This document shows, in pieces, positions 22,660 through 35,300 of a DNA stretch of 64,000 nucleotides. The DNA lies in contig JBLDXI010000036.1 in assembly GCA_047495785.1 (NCBI GenBank), positions 806,001-870,000 on the forward strand, given 5' to 3'. The notes under the pieces were generated by a model that saw only the letters and a program-made list of their open reading frames with translations, had not been told where the DNA came from and did no database searches. This DNA comes from Lepidodermella squamata (lineage: Eukaryota; Animalia; Gastrotricha). Every line of letters begins with the position of its first letter. The first letter of the stretch is position 1. Both the position numbers and the translations under genes were made by a program.

Positions 22660-25010
22660 GAGATGATGTGAAACGAAAGTCGTGCAGCATTCCGCAGTCC
22701 ATATCGCTGTATATCCCGCACCCAATTTACTGGCCGCTCGCACCTGGTGTCGTTCCCGGCGGGTCCTAACGGCTTATCGAGCACCAATTCCGAAATTTTC
22801 GCACTTGCTAATTTAATATAAACAATTTTCGATTGCGAAAAAAACGCGCGACGTGTGGACTCCAACGAAAACGGCAAGTTGCTTCCAAATTCGCGAATTT
22901 TTCTACGGTGGCACCTTGATGAACTCTTCAAGCGCTTTCACGAAGACAAAGGCCACCCCAAACGTGACGCTTTTTCGAAGAAGTTGAAGGAGCGCTACTT
23001 CTCTGTTCCACAAGGTAATATTTTTAAGGTGCGCAGAAATTTAGAGAAATTTAGTGCCCGTTTATTTTGATCTCATAGACCTCATAATGGATAAAATCAA
23101 GAAGTGTACTGTTTGCGCGCAAGGGCGAGCTTTGTCGAAGAAACCAGCTGGTAAACCGATCGTCGCTACTGGCATTTGGCAACGCTGCGGCATGGATCTA
23201 ATCGATATGACGTCTCATGAAGCTCAAGGCATGAAATGGATTTTCCACCTGAAAGATCACTTTTCCAAGTTCACCTACGCTGAAGCGATGCCAACGAAAG
23301 AGATGCATAATGTCGCCGAAAAGATGTTTCCACCTGTACTCGCCGTGTCGGATTCTTCATCACGACTGCGGAAAGGAATTCACAGGTTCAGCGGTCCGCG
23401 ATGTTCTGCGAGAGCATTTTCCTCAGGTGTTAACTGTGAAGAGCCGACCTCGACACCCCGAGTCAAATGGCTTGATTGAACGGGCGAATGCCACCCTGGA
23501 ACAAGCAATAATGTCAAAAGTGAATGCTGGCGATACCGATTGGCCTAGTTATTTACCTCAGCTTGTTTATGATATCAACAACCGCCACTCTCGAACAATC
23601 AATGATTCGCCGTCGCATCATCCGTGTTCTTTGCTCGGACAATGCTTTGGGAAGGTGAGGAAACAGTCACGGAAACCTTGAAAAACATCCCGCTGGATTG
23701 CGAAGATTGGGTCCCTGATGAATCCGATGAAAGTGTTAAAGATGTGATGATGTCCTTGAATAACCTCGCATTATCTCGAAGCTCGACCGAAATTCAGCAC
23801 GAAACCGATGACGGTAACTTGACTGAAGAAGATACCGCCACGGAGACTGAAGGGGAAACTGGCAACGAGACAGAGTTTGAAACTGGAACGGAAACTGGAA
23901 ATGAAGGCGACGTTGAAACTGAAGGTGAAGCGGAGGGTGATGCTGGTACTGGGGGTGAAACTGACCTTGGCACTGAAAACGATTTCTGCCCGACTGGCGA
24001 GAGCGATTTTGATTATTCGGAGCCGATAAAACAATCACTACAAAATCCCGTCAATGACTGCGTCACTGTTTCGCTCCGTCCGAAGTGTCTGGATGAATCA
24101 AAATGAAGGTTGTCAAATCGGGGAAGACGTTACCAATCTTGAATTCCCTAATGCTGGTTCTGTTGATGACCATATGCCCGGTTACAAGAGTGATTTCCTA
24201 TCTCCGCTGGATGCTGGAATACAATTCCGAGACAGCAGAGGACTTTGGGTGCTTTTTGACGAAGATCGACAAGAAGTGGCCGTTGGTGAATTCGTCGAGT
24301 TGCGAAATGGGATTTTCAAGATAGTAGAAATCGATGGTTCGCGCTGTCAGATTGGCGACTCCCGAGGCGTGCTAGACGGTTGGTTTCTACTCGACGAGGT
24401 ATTTTAATAATAATTGTTGCGGTCGATCCACTCTAATATAATACTATTTTTCAGTTGCATTTTTGCGAAGCCCCGCAGAACTTTCGAGTGCCGCTTGGCA
24501 AGTCAGTTGCTGTAACCACGGCGTTCCAGCATCAAAGCGGATTCGAAAAAAAGCGGCCGAAAAAGGATAATGACGCCGAAACCAAACCAGGCGACGACCT
24601 CAAGAAACCGAGACTAGCGGCAAGAAAAACACTGTGCAAATGTACGAAGGGCTGCGGGAAGGGTCCATGCTTTTGCAAACAAGCAGGGCTCAAGTGCGCA
24701 ACTAAATGCCACCCGGGCGTTGCCTGTATTAATCGCTAATCGCTGTATTAATCGCTTCTTTGACTGATCATTGACACTGTTTCAAAAAATTTCAGTTTCC
24801 AGTTTTCGATTCACCATGCTTTAATTGATAGGTGTACTAATAAAGGATGTTAAATGTTGCGTGTTCATCTAGCGGAAAGCAATTCAATATTTCGATAGTA
24901 TTTGAATAGGCCGCGGAATGCGCGCAATTGCAATATATTCAATATTTAGCGGAACGCGTGATCCGCTAGCGGAACACGCTTTCCGCTAAAACGCGTGTTG
25001 CGCTACGACA
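22660..25010 (+). mobile_element. Ginger2/TDD-like DNA transposon with retroviral-type integrase; frameshifted, left end not found
   Basis: H-x4-H...CTVC zinc finger, MDLIDM, KDHFSKF, HHDCGKEF, HPESNGLIERAN; introns 23015-23078 and 24399-24454; C-terminal CKCTKGC...CFC...CATKCH. Ends ...cgctacgACA at 25010 with subterminal tagcgga/tccgcta inverted repeats. No RT or LTR seen. Confidence 0.7.
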
Positions 25011-25676
25011 TATACACAACTCGAACGCCATCTCATCAGAGAGATTTCATCAGTCATGGACCGTGTTATTGTAGGATTCAGGTCACAAATTAGCTAAATA
25101 CGAAGCTACATCATCATGAGCCCACAATTGCGAGTAATGAAACATAGTCCTCCAACTATGATTAGCAATTTTCAACTGACAATAGGAATCAGCGATGAAC
25201 TTGAAAATCTACCATGTCTACCATGACACACAACCGGTTCTCATTCCTCACCAAATGGTACTTATCGGAGGATTACTTGGTCATTCTGAAAAATTATTGC
25301 TCCTTGGGTTCTCTCCTACTACACCTTTCCTGTCCTAAATCTGAATTTGTCCTGCAATTACATGTTGTTTTCCTTAAAATTGTCAAGCTGCCCTCTCTTG
25401 GGCGTATGAGCTTCAAAATAAATAAATAAATAAATTTAAATTTCTTTTTCCGATCTGACAAAGTCAAATAAAACGTGCGATAGCCATCAGCCCGAGAGAC
25501 TTCGTACGCACTGCGAGTTAAACAAAGGAATGTATTCCAGCAGGTTTTATTAATTCATTATAGACAAGCGCAAAATGGGTACATATCAGCTATGCAGATG
25601 GTTGTGTGACATCGCCCTGCTTGCAACGCAGCAGTCACCTCATCCCTCCATTTTGGCCGATTTTCTCCGACAGAAA

Positions 25677-26030
25677 TTACGGCTTTTTGGCCTGGATTTC
25701 GCAATACGTTACTGTGCGAACATCAGGAAATCCTTGTTGGACCGTTTTCAATACACCTTTCTCGCCTTTCTCGTTCGTACATGCCGTGGGAGCCGCTGGT
25801 GCTGCCGGTTGCGGTGGCGGTGGTGGTGGCAAGTTGAACTGCCATTGCTCGCACAAACCCGATCTCGTCCGCTTGATGCATACGGGTTGTTGACGGGCCG
25901 CTTCTTCCGCTTCGGCATTGACTGCTGCAACAGCGAGAGCAGCCTGTTGATGAAGAAATTAGTGAAAGATAAATTGATGATACAGCGTAGGGCAACTTAC
26001 AACAGCGATAATTAAACCAAGCTTCGCCAT
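25677..26030 (-). CDS. MAKL-family peptide precursor G (same protein as H and I; upstream promoter truncated)
   Basis: Exons 26030-26001, 25943-25677. Confidence 0.8.
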
Positions 26031-27518
26031 GAGATATTGTGCTTCGAGTAGTTTTAGCAAGATAATTCAACTTGTTATTGAAGTGTGAAAACGATAGAAT
26101 GAAATAAGCTTCGTTACGCTTTTCGAAAAGCACTCGTCGAGTTGCGAAATGGGATTTTCAAGATAGTAGAAATCGATGGTTCGCGCTGTCAGATTGGCGA
26201 CTCCCGAGGCGTGCTAGACGGTTGGTTTCTACTCGACGAGGTATTTTAATAATAATTGTTGCGGTCGATCCACTCTAATATAATACTATTTTTCAGTTGC
26301 ATTTTTGCGAAGCCCCGCAGAACTTTCGAGTGCCGCTTGGCAAGTCAGTTGCTGTAACCACGGCGTTCCAGCATCAAAGCGGATTCGAAAAAAAGCGGCC
26401 GAAAAAGGATAATGACGCCGAAACCAAACCAGGCGACGACCTCAAGAAACCGAGACTAGCGGCAAGAAAAACACTGTGCAAATGTACGAAGGGCTGCGGG
26501 AAGGGTCCATGCTTTTGCAAACAAGCAGGGCTCAAGTGCGCAACTAAATGCCACCCGGGCGTTGCCTGTATTAATCGCTAATCGCTGTATTAATCGCTTC
26601 TTTGACTGATCATTGACACTGTTTCAAAAAATTTCAGTTTCCAGTTTTCGATTCACCATGCTTTAATTGATAGGTGTACTAATAAAGGATGTTAAATGTT
26701 GCGTGTTCATCTAGCGGAAAGCAATTCAATATTTCGATAGTATTTGAATAGGCCGCGGAATGCGCGCAATTGCAATATATTCAATATTTAGCGGAACGCG
26801 TGATCCGCTAGCGGAACACGCTTTCCGCTAAAACGCGTGTTGCGCTACGACATATACACAACTCGAACGCCATCTCATCAGAGAGATTTCATCAGTCATG
26901 GACCGTGTTATTGTAGGATTCAGGTCACAAATTAGCTAAATACGAAGCTACATCATCATGAGCCCACAATTGCGAGTAATGAAACATAGTCCTCCAACTA
27001 TGATTAGCAATTTTCAACTGACAATAGGAATCAGCGATGAACTTGAAAATCTACCATGTCTACCATGACACACAACCGGTTCTCATTCCTCACCAAATGG
27101 TACTTATCGGAGGATTACTTGGTCATTCTGAAAAATTATTGCTCCTTGGGTTCTCTCCTACTACACCTTTCCTGTCCTAAATCTGAATTTGTCCTGCAAT
27201 TACATGTTGTTTTCCTTAAAATTGTCAAGCTGCCCTCTCTTGGGCGTATGAGCTTCAAAATAAATAAATAAATAAATTTAAATTTCTTTTTCCGATCTGA
27301 CAAAGTCAAATAAAACGTGCGATAGCCATCAGCCCGAGAGACTTCGTACGCACTGCGAGTTAAACAAAGGAATGTATTCCAGCAGGTTTTATTAATTCAT
27401 TATAGACAAGCGCAAAATGGGTACATATCAGCTATGCAGATGGTTGTGTGACATCGCCCTGCTTGCAACGCAGCAGTCACCTCATCCCTCCATTTTGGCC
27501 GATTTTCTCCGACAGAAA

Positions 27519-27872
27519 TTACGGCTTTTTGGCCTGGATTTCGCAATACGTTACTGTGCGAACATCAGGAAATCCTTGTTGGACCGTTTTCAATACACCT
27601 TTCTCGCCTTTCTCGTTCGTACATGCCGTGGGAGCCGCTGGTGCTGCCGGTTGCGGTGGCGGTGGTGGTGGCAAGTTGAACTGCCATTGCTCGCACAAAC
27701 CCGATCTCGTCCGCTTGATGCATACGGGTTGTTGACGGGCCGCTTCTTCCGCTTCGGCATTGACTGCTGCAACAGCGAGAGCAGCCTGTTGATGAAGAAA
27801 TTAGTGAAAGATAAATTGATGATACAGCGTAGGGCAACTTACAACAGCGATAATTAAACCAAGCTTCGCCAT
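27519..27872 (-). CDS. MAKL-family peptide precursor H
   Basis: Exons 27872-27843, 27785-27519: MAKLGLIIAV|AALAVAAVNAEAEEAARQQPVCIKRTRSGLCEQWQFNLPPPPPPQPAAPAAPTACTNEKGEKGVLKTVQQGFPDVRTVTYCEIQAKKP*. Confidence 0.85.
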
Positions 27873-29012
27873 GAGATATTGTGCTTCGAGTAGTTTTAGC
27901 AAGATAATTCAACTTGTTATTGAAGTGTGAAAACGATAGAATGAAATAAGCTTCGTTACGCTTTTCGAAAAGCACTCAGCCAGTAGATGGCCAGCTGCAA
28001 ATACACTCACCGGGAATATTTGACGTGTCATCTAGTTGAGGTTAACCAAAACAAAAGTAGGGCGGCGTTCGGCCTTGGTAAGGACAACATTCGTCTGAAC
28101 TGGCTTAGCGCTAAACCAATGCCAATCTACATTAACGGTCCGTGCATGCTCGTCTGTGAGAATGAAGCTAATTGGCGGAAATTACATTTCTGAGAAATTG
28201 ATTTCATTGAAGTGCATTAGTATGTGCCGACTTCCTTTTTCATATTTTCAAAAAATTACAGAAAAACATTGACAACTCGGATCAACATAAATCTTTCACC
28301 ATGAAATGCTGCGGGTTCAGGGGCCAAAGTAGGGTGCATACAAGAGGTATGCCCCTACGGAAAATCGAACTCGGGAAAATCGAGAACATCCATATTTTCA
28401 TGCCGGATGATTTTAGTCACATTTCTTGTTGTCGGATTAAATAAGACATTGGTCGGATGGAAAAAAGTCACACCCGTAAAATCGACGATGTCATTGATTC
28501 AATCAAACTTTCACCTTCTGCTGGGAGCTAAATCGAAGGGGCAAAACGCAAGTTATTTAGTTCGAAATGAAGGGGAACCTCATAATAATTCGTGGTCTCG
28601 CGGAAATCTCTAGCTGTAGCCGGTGAATCTTCAACTCTACAGGCCATATAACCTGATTCAATAAACCAAAGAATAATCGTAACATTGACTTCAATTAATA
28701 AAATTTTCGCTTTTTCTGAACATTTTACCGCCAACTTGATTTGTGAATCTTGTGTCCAAGTTCCAACCTAGATCCTAATAGAAGATGCATCTAGCATTAA
28801 GGGTAGCAAAGCCAGCAATCGACAAATAATAAAATGATGTACACCAAGGTCGAATAGCAACAATTTTCACTTTTCGATTGCGATTTTCAAATTTCACCGA
28901 CTCCTAGAAATTATTTAGATCATACACTGTAATTTCTCAGTATTATAAATTCCCGCTCGCAACGTCATCCTACGCACCCGAGCATGCACGGACCCCTAGT
29001 GTAGATTGGCAT

Positions 29013-29030
29013 TGGCTTAGCGCTAAGCCA
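29013..29030. promoter_or_regulatory. 18-bp perfect palindrome upstream of MAKL genes
   Basis: TGGCTTAGCGCTAAGCCA at 29013, 19394, 19787 and with one mismatch at 28101; ~230-255 bp upstream of the ATG in D, H and I, next to CCAAT/ATTGG boxes. Confidence 0.55.
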
Positions 29031-29267
29031 GTTCAAACGAATGTTTTAATTTCTCATTCCGAACGACGTCCTACTTGTTGTTTTGGTTAACCTCATCTAG
29101 ATGACACGTCAATGTTGACGATATTCACGTGGAGTGTATTTGCAGCTGGCCATCTACTGGCTGAGTGCTTTTCGAAAAGCGTAACGAAGCTTATTTCATT
29201 CTATCGTTTTCACACTTCAATAACAAGTTGAATTATCTTGCTAAAACTACTCGAAGCACAATATCTC

Positions 29268-29621
29268 ATGGCGAAGCTTGGTTTAATTATCGCTGTTGTA
29301 AGTTGCCCTACGCTGTATCATCAATTTATCTTTCACTAATTTCTTCATCAACAGGCTGCTCTCGCTGTTGCAGCAGTCAATGCCGAAGCGGAAGAAGCGG
29401 CCCGTCAACAACCCGTATGCATCAAGCGGACGAGATCAGGTTTGTGCGAGCAATGGCAGTTCAACTTGCCACCACCACCGCCACCGCAACCGGCAGCACC
29501 AGCGGCTCCCACGGCATGTACGAACGAGAAAGGCGAGAAAGGTGTATTGAAAACGGTCCAACAAGGATTTCCTGATGTTCGCACAGTAACGTATTGCGAA
29601 ATCCAGGCCAAAAAGCCGTAA
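29268..29621 (+). CDS. MAKL-family peptide precursor I (inverted duplicate of H)
   Basis: Exons 29268-29297, 29355-29621; same protein as H; AATAAA 29739-29744. Confidence 0.85.
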
Positions 29622-29653
29622 TTTCTGTCGGAGAAAATCGGCCAAAATGGAGG

Positions 29654-29692
29654 GATGAGGTGACTGCTGCGTTGCAAGCAGGGCGATGTCAC
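29654..29692 (+). promoter_or_regulatory. Conserved 3'UTR stem-loop of MAKL genes
   Basis: gatgagGTGACtgCTGC-loop-GCAGggcgatGTCAC; homologs on minus at 11467-11510, 18319-18357, 20762-20805, 22048-22091, 25606-25644, 27448-27486. Confidence 0.55.
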
Positions 29693-30707
29693 ACAACCAT
29701 CTGCATAGCTGATATTTACCCATTTTGCGCTTATCTGTAATAAATTGATAAAACCTGCTGGAATAGATTCCTTTCTTAATTCAGAGCGCACGAAGCCTCT
29801 GTAGATGATGGCTATCGCGCGTCCTAGTTCATTTGCTTAGATCGGAAATTGAAAAACCAACGGCCAAGAGTCAGCCGGAATAAACTAGTAATCCTCGCTG
29901 ATAACAACCAGGAGATGAGGTATTTAGTAAATAAACTGACCATCATTATTGTCAGTTGGGAGTGGGGAGTAAAATGACAGTGGCTTTTGATCTTGACTAT
30001 GGAAAATGCAAGGATCCTTTCGAGAGACTCTCAAGCTTCTGTAATTACTTTTTGCGATGCTTATGTCGCATAAAAAATAAGTTTGGCCTGAAGTATGAAT
30101 GAAACTATATGCAGAAGGGAGATTCTGTTGAGACTGAGAGAACTCATTTCGAACCATAAACGCTGGAATCAGAAGCATCAGGAGCGTATAGCATAGGCCT
30201 CCATTCAAACAATTCTGCTTGCAGGCAGCTGAAGATTATTGCAAACGATGATTTTGCATCGAGAAACACGCAGACACTTATATGGTCTGCCATGTATCGC
30301 ATCAGCCGTGGTTCGATATTCTCTCTTATGTTTTTCAATGATAATTCAATCATTTTCAAAGGGAACCGGAAAATAATTGCAGAAATTGAATGAAGCAACA
30401 ATCAATGAAATTGTTTACTTTCCCTAAATTATAACTGGAAAGCCAGGACTATTTAAAATTTATTGATCTAAATAAAATCTGTTTTTCTGATTTCACAGAT
30501 CAAAATGTCGAAAAAATATCCATTAGTAGAAGAACCAAATGTTTCATCGAGGCAAAAGAAAACATGACCATTAATTATAAATTTGGAATCGAAAAATGAC
30601 CTGATTTTTTTTTACTTTTCCAACCACTCGATTATCACAGCTTGTGGGGACCCTTGGTTGGTCGGGATTATGATAAACTATGGCTTTGCGAACTGGGGGG
30701 TACGATA

Positions 30708-31613
30708 CCCGCTGGATTGCGAAGATTGGGTCCCTGATGAATCCGATGAAAGTGTTAAAGATGTGATGATGTCCTTGAATAACCTCGCATTATCTCGAAG
30801 CTCGACCGAAATTCAGCACGAAACCGATGACGGTAACTTGACTGAAGAAGATACCGCCACGGAGACTGAAGGGGAAACTGGCAACGAGACAGAGTTTGAA
30901 ACTGGAACGGAAACTGGAAATGAAGGCGACGTTGAAACTGAAGGTGAAGCGGAGGGTGATGCTGGTACTGGGGGTGAAACTGACCTTGGCACTGAAAACG
31001 ATTTCTGCCCGACTGGCGAGAGCGATTTTGATTATTCGGAGCCGATAAAACAATCACTACAAAATCCCGTCAATGACTGCGTCACTGTTTCGCTCCGTCC
31101 GAAGTGTCTGGATGAATCAAAATGAAGGTTGTCAAATCGGGGAAGACGTTACCAATCTTGAATTCCCTAATGCTGGTTCTGTTGATGACCATATGCCCGG
31201 TTACAAGAGTGATTTCCTATCTCCGCTGGATGCTGGAATACAATTCCGAGACAGCAGAGGACTTTGGGTGCTTTTTGACGAAGATCGACAAGAAGTGGCC
31301 GTTGGTGAATTCGTCGAGTTGCGAAATGGGATTTTCAAGATAGTAGAAATCGATGGTTCGCGCTGTCAGATTGGCGACTCCCGAGGCGTGCTAGACGGTT
31401 GGTTTCTACTCGACGAGGTATTTTAATAATAATTGTTGCGGTCGATCCACTCTAATATAATACTATTTTTCAGTTGCATTTTTGCGAAGCCCCGCAGAAC
31501 TTTCGAGTGCCGCTTGGCAAGTCAGTTGCTGTAACCACGGCGTTCCAGCATCAAAGCGGATTCGAAAAAAAGCGGCCGAAAAAGGATAATGACGCCGAAA
31601 CCAAACCAGGCGA
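30708..31613 (+). mobile_element. Internal fragment copied from the Ginger-like element (23689-24594)
   Basis: Same sequence at +7019 offset; left junction abuts a MITE fragment. Confidence 0.85.
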
Positions 31614-32307
31614 TTCAACCTTTTTCAGTTCACAAGCGTAAAATTAATTGTACAGAATGCAATAGAAATCTTAATCTGTATTTACATGCGTAGTTGAAGC
31701 GTGGGCTTGTTTTCAATTCACAGTTTCATTTTACAGCAGGCTTTGCATAAGCATCGTAGAATCGATCGATGCGCTATAGGCGGAGTAATTACAGCGGCTT
31801 GAGAGGCTCTCGAAAGTTCCTTGCATTTCCAAGAGTGTCTTCAGCTCAAGATCAAAAGCCAGTGTCATTTTACTCCAAACTAACTCCTAACTGACCAAAA
31901 GGATGGTCAGCTTATTTACCAAAGAGCTATATGCATTAAGGAACGGCATAGTGAATTATCTCCCCTCTCATCTCGAGTCCTCAGGTTCGATCAAATAACA
32001 CGGTCGTGTTTTTAATAAAACTAACAGCTGTTCACGCAATAACCGCAAAAATATGCGCCATTTCGGTATGACTATACCGCGTTGTAATACTATGCTTACG
32101 AATTGATCCTTTTATTTACGATACCAGTGGCGTAGTTTTTATGAGACTCACGGCGTTCCTATCAAACTTAGCGGAGCTTACTCATATTCTCCCCCTTTTC
32201 CCTAATTCTCGCAGTGCTTTAAATATTTAATAATCTTTATTAATTTGGATTTATCCTTGAATTTAGTACTTGATTTTAGCAACTAATGTCTTTCATGAAT
32301 TAGAAAA

Positions 32308-35300
32308 ATGGCCATCCGAATATTTTCGTCTCGAGTACCGGGCAATAGCAGCGTGAGTTTGACAGCCAATTTTCTGAAAATTTACCTTATCATGTTTTGT
32401 ATTCAGATTAGACATCAGCAGCGGCATTTATTTGACATTCTTCAGACGAAGAAAATCGCCTACGATGAGATCGATATCACAGATCCGTGGAATGAAGAAT
32501 GGAAGCTGTTCATGCTGGAAAACTGCCCTCCTGACCCGGGACGAAACCGCCCGATCCCGCCTCAAATTTTCTCCGGAGATGCTTACTGCGGGGTAATTTT
32601 AAATTGGTGACATTTTTCAAGCATAATTTACCTTTTCCCCCCGTACCAACGATTTCTAAGTAACTTCACGTAATTTATGTTTTTGAAGTAGGCTGTGAAC
32701 AAATTTGTGACAAATTAATTTTCGTTTTTTTTAATTATTGACTTGATTCGATTTTTTTAATTTTTGGTACGAAAAGTGTCTGACGTTTCCTGATTTACAT
32801 GCTGAATTTTTTTTTAATTTTTTTTCTGCCTTTTTGGTACTTGGTACCCCTCAAAACAATTAGGTGCATGAACTGAGTAAGACAAGTCATAACACTTTCT
32901 TAGCGGACATTTCGATAGTGTTAATCGATTTTTCAGTCGCTTGTTTTGTTCAGGAGGATTAATTTTGTCTATTTTTTCCAGAATTATGAAGACTTTGCGA
33001 TAGCTCTGGAAAATGAGCAGTTGTGGACCTTCCTTCGCTTACATGCCCCAATCGACGATGAGATGGCACGATGGAAGGTATGAAGCGAATCCAGCTGCTA
33101 TCAGTCTTTTCATATCATCTTATGTTTCTTTAGGCTTCCTGGAGGCATCGGAATGTCCCTTTGAAAAAGCCCGTGCCTGCACTGCAACCCTTAAAATCTG
33201 AAAATACTGAAAGTCAAAGCAAGCCATTGGCCGTAAAATCGTTCAATGAACAGGAAAACCCTGATGGCTTCAAGAAGGCTGCAACTAAAAGCTCTCCAGT
33301 TAAACAAATGGTTCAGTCACTGGAGAGTCAGCTGCCAAAAGACCCTGAGAAAATGCCTTATATCGACGATGTGATCTCGAAACAGAAATGTTTGCCTGTC
33401 GAGGTGAAAACTATCAGCATCTCACAGGCGATTCAACCTTCATTCCGTGATTCAGAGGACGCAGCTCCGGACCCTAAATCCAGGACAGAAGTAGAAATAA
33501 CAGAGCCATCTCTTAACCTCGAGAATCGTCCATACCAGAAGGGAGAACTTGTTTTGGAAACATCAAAGCCTGAATCAGAGGAAATCATCCCTAATCCTGA
33601 GAATGAGCTAGAATTGCCTGTTTCCTCACCTCAGCCTCCCTTAGCGCCCATCGAGGACCTCTCAGTCGATGAAATGTGTGCTTCGCCGCCTCCTGATTCA
33701 AAGGAACATCATGAAGAATTCACTTTTAAACATCGGGAGAAGGCGGAATTTTCCGCGCTGTCGCCCACTCCCCCTATTGCCACATTAGATGATCTGGCTT
33801 TGGGCATGCCTCCGGAGCCCGTTGAGGATGTTACTGCGGCTTCGGTCGAAGATCAAGAAGTTATCGATGATGAGTTGGAAAGATTGCAGTTAGAGGATAA
33901 GGTAGAGATGGAGAATCTGCCGAAGGAAGATGGCTCTGATGCAGCTCAAATCAAAGATCAAGTGGAACTCATTGGAGAACAAGAATCTGGCGCCCAGGTT
34001 ATTGATTCGCAGATTCAAGGCGAATTGGTTGAATCCACTGAAGAAAAACTTGTGGGAATGAGACCACAGTCGCTTGATGCGCGCCAAATCGAACCGGAAG
34101 ATCAGGAAGAAGAGCAATTTTTCGAAGTCGCTGAAGAGAGGAGACAGGTTATTGACGCAGCTGAGCCGGGAGCTGACTTCATTACAGAAGGGATCTCTGA
34201 CGTTCCTAATCTAGAGACTAGAGCAATCATAACGCAAGAGGAATCGGCAAAAGCGGAGGCGAAACCTTCAGAGACAATTCTTCCCGTGGAGGTTCAATCC
34301 TTGGAAGAATCGGATGCATTTCATGAATCCCAAGAGACGATTCCAACTTCAGACGAAGCAATGAAGTTTGCCTCTGCAGTGCTAGAATCTAAAAGACCAG
34401 AGATGCTTGGCCAAGATGAAGGTGCCGATACTCCACTGAAAGTTGAGACTGCAGTTCCAACCCAAGCGTCGAATATTACCCTTGCAGAGCAGCCTAGTAA
34501 CACAGCCGTTGATGAAGGAATGCCAGAATCCATTCAAAAAGTTGACGAATCACTTGAAAGTCCTGCTGGAGGCGAGGAAGACATCGTAGTGGTTGTGGAA
34601 GAAGTCAAGGGAGACCGTCTTTCAAAGGTTGAAACTACTAAACTTGGGGACATAGCTACATCGGCAATGGATTCTGATGGAACAGCTAATCATCGTGAGG
34701 ATCAAATTCAGCCTGGATTACAGGCTTTGGAAGTGGACTTGAACCAAACTTCTTCTGTGAATGAGGAAATCGCTGCTGAAGCGTTTTCCGAACAACCATT
34801 ATCGGAGATCCTTGAGCAAAATCTAGACGTTTCTTCAGAACAATCTCGAGAAATTGAGGGAGCTTTAGAAGGGCCCGAAAATCTTGATATCGATCCCTCA
34901 GAAATCAGAAAGGATGACATACCTCAGACGGATTTGAATTCGACTACCAACATGGTTTCAGTAACGGAGGATCAAACGATGCCTAGTGACATCAAGGCTG
35001 AAGAAGATCTTGACATATCAGCTTCATCTGTTGAATTGGAGGACGATAAATCTCAGCAACTGAAGCCAACTCAGCCTCACCAGCTAGAAACCCTGATTAG
35101 CGAGAATGAATCTAAGGACAAGGAACAGCCTTTTAGCCAAGACAAATCAATCGCCCTTGAAGCTGCCGAGAACTCAGTTCAATTTGATGCACAAGCCAGT
35201 GCTGAGTCGATTGGAGAAATCATTCCACTACTGGTGACTGACCTTCGTAAAGCCGATAATACTCAATCAGCTCTGGATGATGAAGATTTGACCAGAGTCG

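Larger units (their letters stand above)
24294..27977 (+). repeat. Direct tandem duplication, 2 x 1842 bp
   Basis: ORF track repeats at +1842 offset; junction aagcactc|gtcgagttgcg at 26135/26136 with tc microhomology; no differences noticed. Confidence 0.9.

Noticed and set aside
22855-24739. LTR retrotransposon or endogenous retrovirus
   Set aside because: Integrase only, with spliceosomal introns; no gag, protease, RT or LTRs seen.
25575-26133. ORF-track proteins of 146, 95, 136 and 60 aa (and their repeats at 27.4 and 29.2 kb)
   Set aside because: Antisense or wrong-frame shadows of the spliced MAKL genes.
29654-29692. SECIS element / selenopeptides
   Set aside because: Stem too short for the canonical SECIS geometry; intact genes have no internal TGA. 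The TGA in pseudogene D aligns with a non-Cys position (Arg CGA in B), consistent with CpG decay.
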